Shown here in pieces: positions 47,136 through 57,302 of a DNA stretch of 57,701 nt (position 1 is the first letter of the stretch; the number at the start of each line of letters is the position of its first letter). The position numbers and the translations under genes were made by a program. This DNA comes from Candidatus Limnocylindria bacterium (GTDB lineage: Bacteria > Chloroflexota > Limnocylindria > P2-11E): contig DASWCU010000056.1 of the NCBI GenBank assembly GCA_036389935.1, positions 1 through 57,701 of the forward strand, written 5' to 3'. The notes under the pieces are model-generated. The model saw nothing but the letters and a program-made list of their open reading frames with translations, was not told the DNA's origin and ran no database searches.

Positions 47136-48320
47136 ATGGTGGAGGGCATCGTGGACACGCTGCTCGTCGCGACGATCATGGGCGGCCTCATCCTGCTCGC
47201 GTCGGTCGTGAGCGTCGAGCTCGGCATCTCGGTCGCGATCATCGAGATCGCGTTCGGCGTGATCGCCGGCAACTTCCTGGGCATCACCTCGACGCCGTGG
47301 GTCGACTTCATCGCGGCGTTCGCGTCGATCGTGCTCACGTTCCTCGCCGGCGCCGAGGTCGATCCGGGCCTGCTTCGCGAGAAGTGGCGCGCCTCCTTCC
47401 TCATCGGCGGCCTCTCGTTCGCGCTGCCGTTCGCGGGCGCGGGCCTGTTCGCGTACGTCGTCGCCGGCTGGAACGTCCAGCAGTCGGAGATCGCCGGCGT
47501 CGCGCTCTCCACCACGTCGCTCGCCGTCGTGTACGCGGTCCTCGTGGAGACCGGCCTGACGAGGACGGAGATCGGGAAGGTGATCATGGCCGCGACGTTC
47601 GTCACCGATCTCGGGACGGCGCTCGCGCTCTCGATCCTGTTCATCACGCCGACGGCGTACCTGGTGGTCTTCATCGCCGTCTCGGTCGCGGTGATCGTCG
47701 TGATGGCCACCCTGCAGCGGCCCTTCTTCGCCCGCTACGGCGATCGGGTCATCGAGCCGGAGCTGAAGGGCGCGTTCTTCGCGCTGTTCCTGCTCATGTG
47801 GACGGCCGAGCTGGCGCACAGCCAGGCCGTGCTTCCGGCGTTCGTGCTCGGGCTCACGGTGGCCGGCGTGTTCAGCCGCCATCCCGAGCAGCTGAAACGC
47901 TTCCGGGTCGTCGCGTTCTCGCTGCTCACGCCGTTCTTCTTCTTCAAGGGCGGGCTCAACGTCGATCTCGCCGCGCTCGCGGCCGCGGTCCCGCTCCTGG
48001 CCGGCTTCTTCGTGGTGAAGATCGGCCTCAAATTCGTCGGCGTGCTGCCGGCGGCGCTGCGCTACGTCCGGCCACACGCGACCTTCACGACCCTCCTCAT
48101 GAGCACCGGGCTGACCTTCGGCACGATCTCGTCGCTCTACGGGCTCAACGCCGGGATCATCGACCGGACCCAGTTCTCGATCCTCGTCACGGTCGTCATC
48201 CTCTCCGCGATCCTCCCGACCGCGATCGCGCAGCGATTCTTCTCGCCGCCCGTCCACCGGCTCACCGACGCCGAGGTCGTCGCCGTCGAGGACGAGGAGT
48301 TCGAGCCTTCGCGCGCGTAG
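47136..48320 (+). CDS. Cation:proton antiporter (CPA1/CPA2, Na+/H+ exchanger family)
   Basis: About 12 TM segments. N-terminal LGISVAIIEIAFGVIAGNFLG and LTFLAGAEVD are typical of Kef/NhaP-type exchangers. Confidence 0.8.
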   Translation: MVEGIVDTLLVATIMGGLILLASVVSVELGISVAIIEIAFGVIAGNFLGITSTPWVDFIAAFASIVLTFLAGAEVDPGLLREKWRASFLIGGLSFALPFAGAGLFAYVVAGWNVQQSEIAGVALSTTSLAVVYAVLVETGLTRTEIGKVIMAATFVTDLGTALALSILFITPTAYLVVFIAVSVAVIVVMATLQRPFFARYGDRVIEPELKGAFFALFLLMWTAELAHSQAVLPAFVLGLTVAGVFSRHPEQLKRFRVVAFSLLTPFFFFKGGLNVDLAALAAAVPLLAGFFVVKIGLKFVGVLPAALRYVRPHATFTTLLMSTGLTFGTISSLYGLNAGIIDRTQFSILVTVVILSAILPTAIAQRFFSPPVHRLTDAEVVAVEDEEFEPSRA

Positions 48321-48323
48321 CCC

Positions 48324-48953
48324 TCAGCCGAGCTTCGCGCCGAGGTACCGCTCGAGCTCCCGGAGCGTCCGCTCGAAGCGCTTCGGGTCGGTCGACGCGG
48401 TCGGGAGCATGTACGCGCCCTTGAGCGCGGCCACGACGAAGCCGGCGAGGTCGTCGACGTTCGTCCCCCGGGCCAGGGCACCCTCTGCCCGCGCTCCGCG
48501 GACGAGATCCGCGATCGTGCGCTGCCAGTAATCCTCGGTCTGACCGATCAGGCCCGCCAGCGCCGGGTCGCGCCGGGCGCGCAGGGTGAGCTCGCCCATC
48601 ACCGCGAAGACCTCGGGCTCCTCGCGGGCGAGCCGCCGCAGGCCCCGGAGGTGGCCGCGCAGCCGCGCGGATGCCGCGCCGCTCTCCGGCAGCGTCGTCC
48701 GGAACCTCGCGAGCGCGTGGCCGACGACCCCTCGGATGAGCGCCTCTTTGGTCGGGAAGTAGTAGTGGAGCGTCGCGACGTTGATCCCGACGGCCGCCGC
48801 CACCTCGCGTGTGCGGAGGCCCTCGAATCCGCGGTCAGCGAGCACGGTGAACGCCGCGCGGACGAGCTCCTCCCGTCTCGGCTCCGGAGCCGGCGTGCGG
48901 GGTTGCGCAAGTGGGATGCGCGCGGCCCTTCTCGGACGCACTTGCTTTTCCAT
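48324..48953 (-). CDS. TetR-family transcriptional regulator
   Basis: HTH region LRTREVAAAVGINVATLHYYFPTKEAL. ATG 48953 (TTG 48956 in the track). Confidence 0.85.
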   Translation of the reverse strand: MEKQVRPRRAARIPLAQPRTPAPEPRREELVRAAFTVLADRGFEGLRTREVAAAVGINVATLHYYFPTKEALIRGVVGHALARFRTTLPESGAASARLRGHLRGLRRLAREEPEVFAVMGELTLRARRDPALAGLIGQTEDYWQRTIADLVRGARAEGALARGTNVDDLAGFVVAALKGAYMLPTASTDPKRFERTLRELERYLGAKLG

Positions 48954-48968
48954 CAATCAGATGATTGA
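48953..48968. promoter_or_regulatory. AT-rich 6-4-6 palindrome, candidate TetR operator
   Basis: TCAATC-AGAT-GATTGA in the 46-nt divergent intergenic region. It overlaps the TetR start codon and lies 32 nt upstream of ATG 49000. Confidence 0.45.
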
Positions 48969-48999
48969 ATCATGAGCGAAGCACACAGGAGGTCCACCG

Positions 49000-49470
49000 A
49001 TGAAAGCGACTCTGCCGGCCCAGAGCCGGTCCCGCCGGCCCGGGCCATCGCTCCTCACCCGCGCGCTGCACCTGTTCAACGCCCCCGCGGTGCGGTTGGC
49101 GGGCAGCCGATACCTGCCGATCTGGGCGCTCCTCCGTCATCGCGGCAGGCGCTCCGGGCGCACGTTCGCCACCCCGGTCGCAGCTCGGCGCATCGCCGGC
49201 GGCTTCATCGTCCCGCTCGCGTGGGGCGAGAACGCGGACTGGTGCCGGAACGTGCTGGCGAGCGGCGACTGCGTGATCCGCTGGGCCGGCGCCGAGCATC
49301 ACGTGGAGGGCGCCACCGTCGTCGGACCGGATGAGGGCATGGCGGCGTTCCGGTCGTTCGAGCGGCGATCTCTGCGCGCGTTCGGCGTCAAGCGCTTCAT
49401 GCTGCTCCGCGATCGCGCGGCGGCCCCGAGCGGACCGATGCCGGCGGGCGGCGCCTCCGGGGACCCGTAG
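49000..49470 (+). CDS. Deazaflavin(F420)-dependent nitroreductase-family protein (DDN/DUF385-like split beta-barrel)
   Basis: LRHRGRRSGRTFATPV motif. AGGAGG RBS. Confidence 0.65.
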   Translation: MKATLPAQSRSRRPGPSLLTRALHLFNAPAVRLAGSRYLPIWALLRHRGRRSGRTFATPVAARRIAGGFIVPLAWGENADWCRNVLASGDCVIRWAGAEHHVEGATVVGPDEGMAAFRSFERRSLRAFGVKRFMLLRDRAAAPSGPMPAGGASGDP

Positions 49471-49479
49471 GATGCGGCG

Positions 49480-49815
49480 ATGGGTACGGCGCTCACGACT
49501 GCGCGCTCGTTCATCCGCGCCGTCCAGGAGAAGGATGCCGACGCCGCGGCCGAGCTCTGCACCGACGACGTCGAGGTCCTCCTTCCGGTGGTGAACGTGC
49601 CCTTCCGCGGCAAGGACGGGGTACGCCAGATGGTCCGCATGGCGCCGGCCGAGCTGTTGCAGAGCGTGCGCGAAGAGGAGGAGGACGGCACCCAGGTGCG
49701 CGTGCGCACCCTCACCCGCGCGCCAGGCGTTTTCGCCAACTACACGTCGTGGATCTTCGAGACCGACGGCCAGAAGATCCGCCACCTCACCTTCGAGCTG
49801 CGCGCCGCGAACTGA
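49480..49815 (+). CDS. SnoaL/NTF2-like fold protein
   Basis: ARSFIRAVQEKDADAAAELCTDDVE is an N-terminal pattern typical of SnoaL-like domains. 111 aa. Confidence 0.5.
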   Translation: MGTALTTARSFIRAVQEKDADAAAELCTDDVEVLLPVVNVPFRGKDGVRQMVRMAPAELLQSVREEEEDGTQVRVRTLTRAPGVFANYTSWIFETDGQKIRHLTFELRAAN

Positions 49816-49829
49816 GCGCGGTCCCGCGG

Positions 49830-50881
<1,052 letters not shown>

Positions 50882-50882
<1 letters not shown>

Positions 50883-51688
50883 CAGCGGGCGCCCCAGAGG
50901 TTCAGGAGATACCGGCGCATGAAGAAGATGAAGACGATCGCCGGCAGCACCATGAAGAAGCCGCCGGCGAACTTGAAGTAGAGCGGCGAGTCGTTCAGCG
51001 CGCCGAGCACGAGCGCCGGAAGCGTGCGCTGCCGGAGGGTGAGGATCGTCGCGGCGAATACCTCGTTCCACGAGATCACGAACGTGAAGATCGCCGCGGC
51101 CGCGAGCCCCGGCAGGGCGAGGGGCAGCGCGACCCGGAGGAACGCGGTGAAGCGGGAGCAGCCGAGGGTCATCGCCGCCTCCTCCAGCTCGTTCGAGACG
51201 CCGGCGAACACGCCGGCGGTGACGAGGACGATGAACGGCAGCGCCATGGCCGTGTGGATGAGCGCGACCCCGAGGATGTTGTCGTAGAGGCCGAGCTGGA
51301 GGAAGGTCACCGCAAGGGGGATCGACAGGATGGCGACCGGGAACATCTTCGTCACGAGGATGATCAGCTGGAACCCGGATCGCCCGGGGAAGGCGAACCG
51401 CGCGAGCGCGTACCCGGCCGGCGCGCCGAGCGCCAGTCCGAGGACGATGGTGATGACGGCGACCGCGATGCTGTTGAGCACGGAGGCGAAGACGCCGCGG
51501 GACCGCAGGAAGAAGTCCATCGTCTCCGTCGAGAGCGCGACCGGAAGGAGCGGCTTCGGATAGGTGAAGACGTCGTCGGGCCGGCTGAACGCCGATAGGG
51601 CGATGAGGTAGAAGGGCACGATCACCCACGCCGCGAGGAGGAACGCACCGCCGTACACGAGCGTCCGGTCCCAGCTCCGGGCCGTCAT
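50882..51688 (-). CDS. Carbohydrate ABC transporter permease (MalG-like)
   Basis: 6 TM segments and the EAA loop (ELEEAAMTLGCSRF). Confidence 0.85.
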
Positions 51689-52554
51689 CGCTTGACCTCC
51701 GCCTCGCGGAGGCCGAGGACGCGGAGGTAGAGCACGGTCGCGACCATGGTGAACAGGAGCAGCAGGATGGCGTAGGCGGCCGCGACGTGCGGGTTACGGT
51801 TGTTCGCGTACCACGCGTACGCCTCACCCGCGATCACGGGCATGTTCCGGCCCGCGAGCGCGAGCACCACGGCGAACGTCTGGAACGCGAAGATCGTCCG
51901 GATGATCAGCGCGGACTGCAGGCTCGGGCGCAGGAGCGGCAGGACGACGTGGATCGTCCGGCGGATGCGGCTCGCACCGAACAGGTCAGCGGCCTCGAAG
52001 AAGTCGCGCGGGATGAGCTGCAGCCCCGCGACGAGGATGACCATGACGATGGCCGTGGCGCGCCACGACTCGGCGAGGACGATCGCCGCGAGCAGCGACG
52101 GAAAGCTCTCGAACGACAGGAAGACCCGCGGCGTGTCGATGGCCCCGACGCCCTGCGCGACCGTGTTCAGGTAGCCACGCTCGGTGAAGACGGCGAGCCA
52201 CAGGATGCCGGCGGCGAGGTCGGAGATCGCGAGCGGGATCGCGTAGACATAGAGGAACCAGGCGTGGCCCCTGATGCGCGAGTGGACGAGGAGCGCCATT
52301 GCGAGGGCGAGGACGATCTGCAATGGCACGATGAGCACGAGCAGGAGGAGCGTGTTCCGCCATGCGTCGCTGAAGTTCGTGTCGACCGTCATCCGGTTCA
52401 GGTAGTCGGTCGTCAGCTCGCCGCTGTCGGCCTGGACCGCGAGGAAGAGCGCCTGGACCATCGGGATGACGATGAGCAGGACGAGGAACACGATGGCCGG
52501 GAGGAGGAGCGCGAACGGCAGCAGCTCCTCCGTCCGCGCCCGCATCCTTCTCAC
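51685..52554 (-). CDS. Carbohydrate ABC transporter permease (MalF-like)
   Basis: 6 TM segments and the EAA loop (FFEAADLFGASR). 4-nt overlap with the downstream permease. Confidence 0.85.
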   Translation of the reverse strand: MRRMRARTEELLPFALLLPAIVFLVLLIVIPMVQALFLAVQADSGELTTDYLNRMTVDTNFSDAWRNTLLLLVLIVPLQIVLALAMALLVHSRIRGHAWFLYVYAIPLAISDLAAGILWLAVFTERGYLNTVAQGVGAIDTPRVFLSFESFPSLLAAIVLAESWRATAIVMVILVAGLQLIPRDFFEAADLFGASRIRRTIHVVLPLLRPSLQSALIIRTIFAFQTFAVVLALAGRNMPVIAGEAYAWYANNRNPHVAAAYAILLLLFTMVATVLYLRVLGLREAEVKR

Positions 52555-52566
52555 GCGCTTATCCGG

Positions 52567-53907
52567 TCACTTCACCTGGCACGGTCCTGACGACGTGCCG
52601 TCGGGACCCCAGCACTTCGCGTTCGCGTCGACCATCACCTGCTGGACGATCTTCGCCTGCTCGCCGAGGACGGTCTGGATGCTCTCACCCTTCACGACGA
52701 TCCGCTGGAACGTATCGGTGATGGCCTTGTTGAAGTCACCGCCTTTGCTCCCGAGCCCGACCGGGAGCGGCACGACCTTCGCGTCCTTCGCCGCAGACTG
52801 CTTCGCGACCGCGTCGGCCTCGAGCTTGAGCCCCTTATTGAGGTCGTCCGGCAGCTTGACATCGACCACGGGGAAGAAGCTGTTCTCGCGCAGCGTGATG
52901 ATCTGGGTCTCCGGCTTGAGGAGGTGATCGATGAGCGCCTCGGCGCCCGACACGTTCGGGCTCGTCTTCGGGATGCCGAGCCCGACGACGACGCTCATGT
53001 AGTACCGGCCCTTCGGTCCGGCCGGCGCCGGCACCGCGATGAAGTCGTCGGGCTTCGCCTTGAGGACGTTGATGAGCCTGGCGGCGTGGTCCATCGCCAC
53101 CCAGACCTCCTCCGACTGGAGCGGCTCCTGCATGTTCTGGTACGTCGTCGACTGCGGATTCGAGTACTGCCAGAGCTCCTTGATCTTCTCCCACATCGTC
53201 GCGGCCTCCGAGCTCTTGTACGTCGTCACGAGGCCGCCGGTGTAGGAGGGATACCAGTAGCCCTGCAGCAGCCGGTGGATGAGCCCGGTGTTGCCGAGCG
53301 GCCAGCCGAAGCGCTTCTGGCCGGTCTTCTCGGTGATGTTCTTCGACCATGCGATGAGCTGGTCGTACGTGAGCGCGTTCACGTCGGCGCCGCTCGGCAG
53401 GTACTGGAGCGCCTTCTTGTTGGCGACGAGGAAGTACGTCGCCTGCATCCACGGCACGTACAGCGGCTGGCTGCCACCGAACTTGCCGAGGGTGAGCATG
53501 TCCTGGTTGATCTTCTTGTCCTTGTTGCGGTCGACCACCTTGCTGAGGTCATTCAGGTAGTTGCCCGCCACGATCGAGCCGAACTGGCCGTTCTCGAGGC
53601 CGATGATCCCGATCTGGCCGGTGCCGCCGGCCTTCGCCTCGGCGATGATCCGATCGATGATCACGGGCTCCATGTCGGTGATGTATTCGATCGCGGCGCC
53701 CTTCCAGGCCCCGAGGATCTTCTGGCGCATCGCCTCCTGCTCGGTCACCGGGGTGAACTGCGTCGACTCGAACGCGAAGCCCTTGCCCACGTCGCCGCTG
53801 GCACCACCACCGCCGCCGCCGGAGGTGCCGGTCGTCGAGCAGGCGGTGACGAGGATCGCGAGTGCGCCCACCAGTGCGAGCGCGCGCATGCCTTTGGAAC
53901 GCTGCAT
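52567..53907 (-). CDS. Sugar ABC transporter substrate-binding lipoprotein
   Basis: ATG 53907 (MQRSKGMRALALVGALAILVTAC lipobox) with GGAGGG upstream. The 152-codon 5' extension in the track is rejected. Confidence 0.8.
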   Translation of the reverse strand: MQRSKGMRALALVGALAILVTACSTTGTSGGGGGGASGDVGKGFAFESTQFTPVTEQEAMRQKILGAWKGAAIEYITDMEPVIIDRIIAEAKAGGTGQIGIIGLENGQFGSIVAGNYLNDLSKVVDRNKDKKINQDMLTLGKFGGSQPLYVPWMQATYFLVANKKALQYLPSGADVNALTYDQLIAWSKNITEKTGQKRFGWPLGNTGLIHRLLQGYWYPSYTGGLVTTYKSSEAATMWEKIKELWQYSNPQSTTYQNMQEPLQSEEVWVAMDHAARLINVLKAKPDDFIAVPAPAGPKGRYYMSVVVGLGIPKTSPNVSGAEALIDHLLKPETQIITLRENSFFPVVDVKLPDDLNKGLKLEADAVAKQSAAKDAKVVPLPVGLGSKGGDFNKAITDTFQRIVVKGESIQTVLGEQAKIVQQVMVDANAKCWGPDGTSSGPCQVK

Positions 53908-54092
53908 CGGCATTCCCTCCTGGCTTGTCCGGCGAGACTCTAGGTCTCCGGATAGGAAAATGCGACCTGCAGGACGTCGGCGCGCCGCGCGAGCGCGGCG
54001 GCTTCCACCGCTCCCGGATCGGCCATGACGGTCCGCGCGCTGACCGGCCACTCGACCGCCACCCATCTCGCCGCGTCGATCGCGGGGGGCGG

Positions 54093-55319
54093 CTACTGCG
54101 GCGGCAGCGGCCACCCCTTCGTGAACCAGCCGAGCGGCACGGCATCCGCGAGGGCGCGGTGGCCGATCTGGTTCGGATGGATGTCGTCGGAGATGTAGTC
54201 CGGGTGGTAGACGTCCGGATCCACCGCCTGCCAGCGAAGCACCGCGTTCCAGTCCACGACGCCGTCGCAGCTGCCGCTGTTCATGATCCAGGCGTTCAGC
54301 AGGTGCAGCTGCGTCGCGCCCGTCAGCCCCTGCCCGGCGACCGACTGCGCGGCCGGCGGCCACGTCGGACAGAACACCTTGATATGCCGCGCGTGGGCCA
54401 GCTTGATCAGGCTGAGGTAATCCTGGGCGATCTCGTACGCCGTCCGGCCCGAGCTGATGTCGTTGACGTCGTAGACGATGACTCCAGTGACGCCGGTCTG
54501 GGAGAACACGTCGCGCTCGAGCCGATCCTGCATCGCCTGGTGCAGCGTGTCGCCACCGATCCCGGCATTCACGATCCCCTTCTGCTCGCCGTAGGGAAGC
54601 CGGTTCACGCGCACCGAGAGGAGGCTGAGGACGTCGCCGTACGACTCCGGCACGGAGTTGTTGCCGTTGAACGTCGAGCTGCCGAGGCCAACGACCGCGC
54701 CGTTCGCGTCGCTCGTGAGCACGTCGATCGCGGTCAGCGCGTAGGTGCTGTTCGGGATGGGCACCGCGAACAGCGCTCCGGTCTCGTCCGCCGTGCGATC
54801 GCCGGTCCCGGCCGCGGTCGCGTAGGAGCTGTTCCAGCCGGCGGTCCCCGCCGGCGGATTGACCGCATTGGGGACGAATAGGCTGACCGCGACGTTCTGC
54901 TGAGCCTGGATCGGGAAGCCGACCGGATCGCTGTAGACGTAATTCGTGCCAGGCGCGACCGTCACGCGCGCAGATCCTCCGAACGTGACGCGCCGGGTCG
55001 TGCCGGGAACGACCTCTGGGCCGGTCGCGTTCAGCTGCAAGCCGACGGTGGCCGCACCCACGACGAGCGGCAGGTCGCCGCTCGCGTTCGTCAGCCTGAT
55101 CCGAATGGCCGAGCCGCCGAGGGTGATGCGCGCGATGTTCCGGACGGTCGCGTTGCTCGGTGGCGTCCCGCCACCGGTGAATGGCTTGCCCCAGGCCGCT
55201 ATCCAGAGCGGGCCGGAGGCGTCGGCGGTCCGTCCGGGGAGATCACCGAGCAGCAGGATCGCGATGAGCGGTACCAGCGCGACGGCGACGGCCGACCTTC
55301 TGAGCGGCGAGCTGGTCAT
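54093..55319 (-). CDS. Secreted SGNH/GDSL-family hydrolase
   Basis: ATG 55319 with an AGGGAGGAA RBS and a signal peptide. An N-terminal beta-rich domain is followed by the SGNH blocks GLGSST, GIGGDT and DDIHPNQIGH. Confidence 0.7.
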   Translation of the reverse strand: MTSSPLRRSAVAVALVPLIAILLLGDLPGRTADASGPLWIAAWGKPFTGGGTPPSNATVRNIARITLGGSAIRIRLTNASGDLPLVVGAATVGLQLNATGPEVVPGTTRRVTFGGSARVTVAPGTNYVYSDPVGFPIQAQQNVAVSLFVPNAVNPPAGTAGWNSSYATAAGTGDRTADETGALFAVPIPNSTYALTAIDVLTSDANGAVVGLGSSTFNGNNSVPESYGDVLSLLSVRVNRLPYGEQKGIVNAGIGGDTLHQAMQDRLERDVFSQTGVTGVIVYDVNDISSGRTAYEIAQDYLSLIKLAHARHIKVFCPTWPPAAQSVAGQGLTGATQLHLLNAWIMNSGSCDGVVDWNAVLRWQAVDPDVYHPDYISDDIHPNQIGHRALADAVPLGWFTKGWPLPPQ

Positions 55320-55498
55320 GGTTCCTCCCTGTGTTGCGTGAGCGCGCGCGCTCGAGCGCGCAGCACGGGGGATGCCCCGGACGGTCAACAAATCGTCAAA
55401 ACGGTCGGATGGCGGACGGCCATAGGTGCGCTGGACCGGTGGCCAGACCGCTCAGCACGTTCCGCGCGGCGCGCGCTAAGCCATCACCGGTTCGATGA

Positions 55499-55933
55499 GC
55501 GCGCCGGTCGGCGATCCATCACGTTCAGGCGACCAGACGGAGGGGAAACGTTCGCGGGGCATGGGCCGAGGCGGTCGTCGCGCGTGAGATCGTCGCGCGC
55601 GGATTCCTCCCGGGGGACACCAATCCATGGATCGAGGCCGAGCGTCGGACGCTGCGCGACATCGAGGTCCAGGCCCTGGAAGCCATCACGGACGCGGAGC
55701 TCGCCCAGTCGCGGCCGCTCGACGCGGAACGCGTCGCCCGGGCGTTGGTCGCGCTCGAGCCGCTGCGTGAGTCGGGCTACCGGCTCCTGATGAGGGCGCT
55801 GGCCGCAAGCGGCAACCGGGCGCAGGCAGCGCGCGTCATGGCCGAATGCCGCACCGCACTCAGGGCCGTCTCCCTTACGCCATCGACGGAGACGCTCAGG
55901 GTCTTCACCGACATCTCCGATAGCGCCGGCTGA
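55499..55933 (+). pseudogene. Remnant of a SARP/AfsR-type regulator: BTAD domain without winged-helix domain or usable start codon
   Basis: The frame that contains track ORF 55745..55933 reads WAEAVVAREIVARGFLPGDTNPWIEAERRTLRDIEVQALEAI...LEPLRESGYRLLMRALAASGNRAQAARVMAECRTALRAVSLTPSTETL, a BTAD pattern. There is no ATG/GTG/TTG between the stop at 55496 and TTG 55745. BTAD-start-like RFDERAG lies in another frame upstream. Confidence 0.5.
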
Positions 55934-55984
55934 GCCGTCCGCCGCGGGACCGGCGGCGCGCGACGACGTAGGCTCCCGGCGCGA

Positions 55985-56863
55985 ATGGGGTCCTGGTTGG
56001 GCCGGGTGTTCCGCGGCGACGACGGCGAGCGGCCGGCGGGAATGCCGCTGCCGGGCGACGCGCCGGAGTTCCGGCCGGCCGGAGCCGAGCGCATCTTCCG
56101 CGCCCGGCGGACCGCGGCGCGCGACGATCCGGCGACCGGCAAGCGCGTGATCCGCACGGGGGTCGGCGCTTCTCTCACCTCGCGGGAGGAGGCCGAGCAG
56201 CTGGCTCAGGCCCAGGCCGAGCGAGCGGTCGAGGCGGCACTCCGCGGCGGCGAGGAGGCGCGGCGTGGCTACGCGTACCTGGTCGACCGGGGACTCGAGC
56301 CGCTCGTCGAGACGATCGACGGTCAGCCCGGCTCGGCACGGATCACGGTGAACGTGTACGGCGCGCTCGTGCTGAACGCGGCGTCCGCGCTCTTCGTGGA
56401 CGTCGACGGCGCCGATGACAACGATGCGAGCCCGCGCCGCGCGAAGCTCGATGCGCTGCTCCGGCGGCGAACGGACCTGGGATTCCGCGTGTACCGAACG
56501 CACGCCGGGTGGCGCTACCTGTGCACGACGGACGCGTTCGATCCATCGGCCGACGACACGCGTGCGCTGATGAACGAGCTCGGGGCTGACGAGAAGTACG
56601 TGCTGCTCTGCCGCGTGCAGCGCTCGTTCCGCGCGCGGTTGACGCCGAAGCCCTGGCGGGCCGGCCTTCGTCATCTCGATGTCTCGACCACCCGCGCGAT
56701 CTCGCGACGGGTCGTGCAGCGCTACGTCGACGACACCTGGCGCTTCGCGACGACGCAGTACGTGGGTACGAGCGGACGTGATGAGACCATCGCCGGTCTC
56801 GGTCCGCTCATCGACTATCACGACCGGTGGACGCAGGCCACCAGCACGAAACCACTCGCCTGA
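55985..56863 (+). CDS. Uncharacterised protein (possible divergent primase-polymerase/AEP-like core)
   Basis: Track ORF with balanced composition, unlike the shadow ORFs. Ordered motifs: ALFVD139VD141G, RVYRTH173AGWRYL, GAD202EKY and RARLTPK222PW. Confidence 0.55.
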   Translation: MGSWLGRVFRGDDGERPAGMPLPGDAPEFRPAGAERIFRARRTAARDDPATGKRVIRTGVGASLTSREEAEQLAQAQAERAVEAALRGGEEARRGYAYLVDRGLEPLVETIDGQPGSARITVNVYGALVLNAASALFVDVDGADDNDASPRRAKLDALLRRRTDLGFRVYRTHAGWRYLCTTDAFDPSADDTRALMNELGADEKYVLLCRVQRSFRARLTPKPWRAGLRHLDVSTTRAISRRVVQRYVDDTWRFATTQYVGTSGRDETIAGLGPLIDYHDRWTQATSTKPLA

Positions 56864-56876
56864 ACGGAGGGCTCAT

Positions 56877-57272
56877 ATGCGTTCGCGGTTCTCGCAGCGG
56901 GAGAAGCGTTTCCTCGACCGCGCCCGTGTCTGCCGCGTCGGCTCGGTCGACCAGCGTGGCGTGACGCACACCGCGCCGCACTGCCACGCCTTCGATCGCG
57001 AGCGGCGCACCGTGTACGTCGCCACGGACGGGCTCACTGCCGCGAACCTGCGCGCCCGCCCACGCGCCGCCGTCGAGTGCGACGACTACTTCGAGGATTG
57101 GGGCCGGCTGCGCGGGCTGGTCGCGCACGCGCGGGCGAAGGTCGTGACCCGCGGTCCCGAGGTCGACCGGGGTGGGCGGCTACTGAAGCGGAAATTCAAG
57201 CAGTACCGCGACACCGAGTTCGGCACGATGATCGCGCTGCGCATCGAAGGCGTGACGTCGTGGGGCCTCTGA
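56877..57272 (+). CDS. Pyridoxamine 5'-phosphate oxidase-family (split beta-barrel, FMN/F420-binding) protein
   Basis: Internal ATG 56877 with a GGAGGG RBS. RVCRVGSVDQRGVTHTAPHCHAFD...VYVATD pattern. Confidence 0.65.
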   Translation: MRSRFSQREKRFLDRARVCRVGSVDQRGVTHTAPHCHAFDRERRTVYVATDGLTAANLRARPRAAVECDDYFEDWGRLRGLVAHARAKVVTRGPEVDRGGRLLKRKFKQYRDTEFGTMIALRIEGVTSWGL

Positions 57273-57302
57273 TCGTGCCCTCGAGCGCGTCGTGAGCGTG
57301 GG

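Noticed and set aside
55484-56821. 445-aa minus-strand ORF
   Set aside because: Extremely Arg/Pro/Ala-rich. It is antisense to both the BTAD remnant and the better-composed 55985..56863 ORF.
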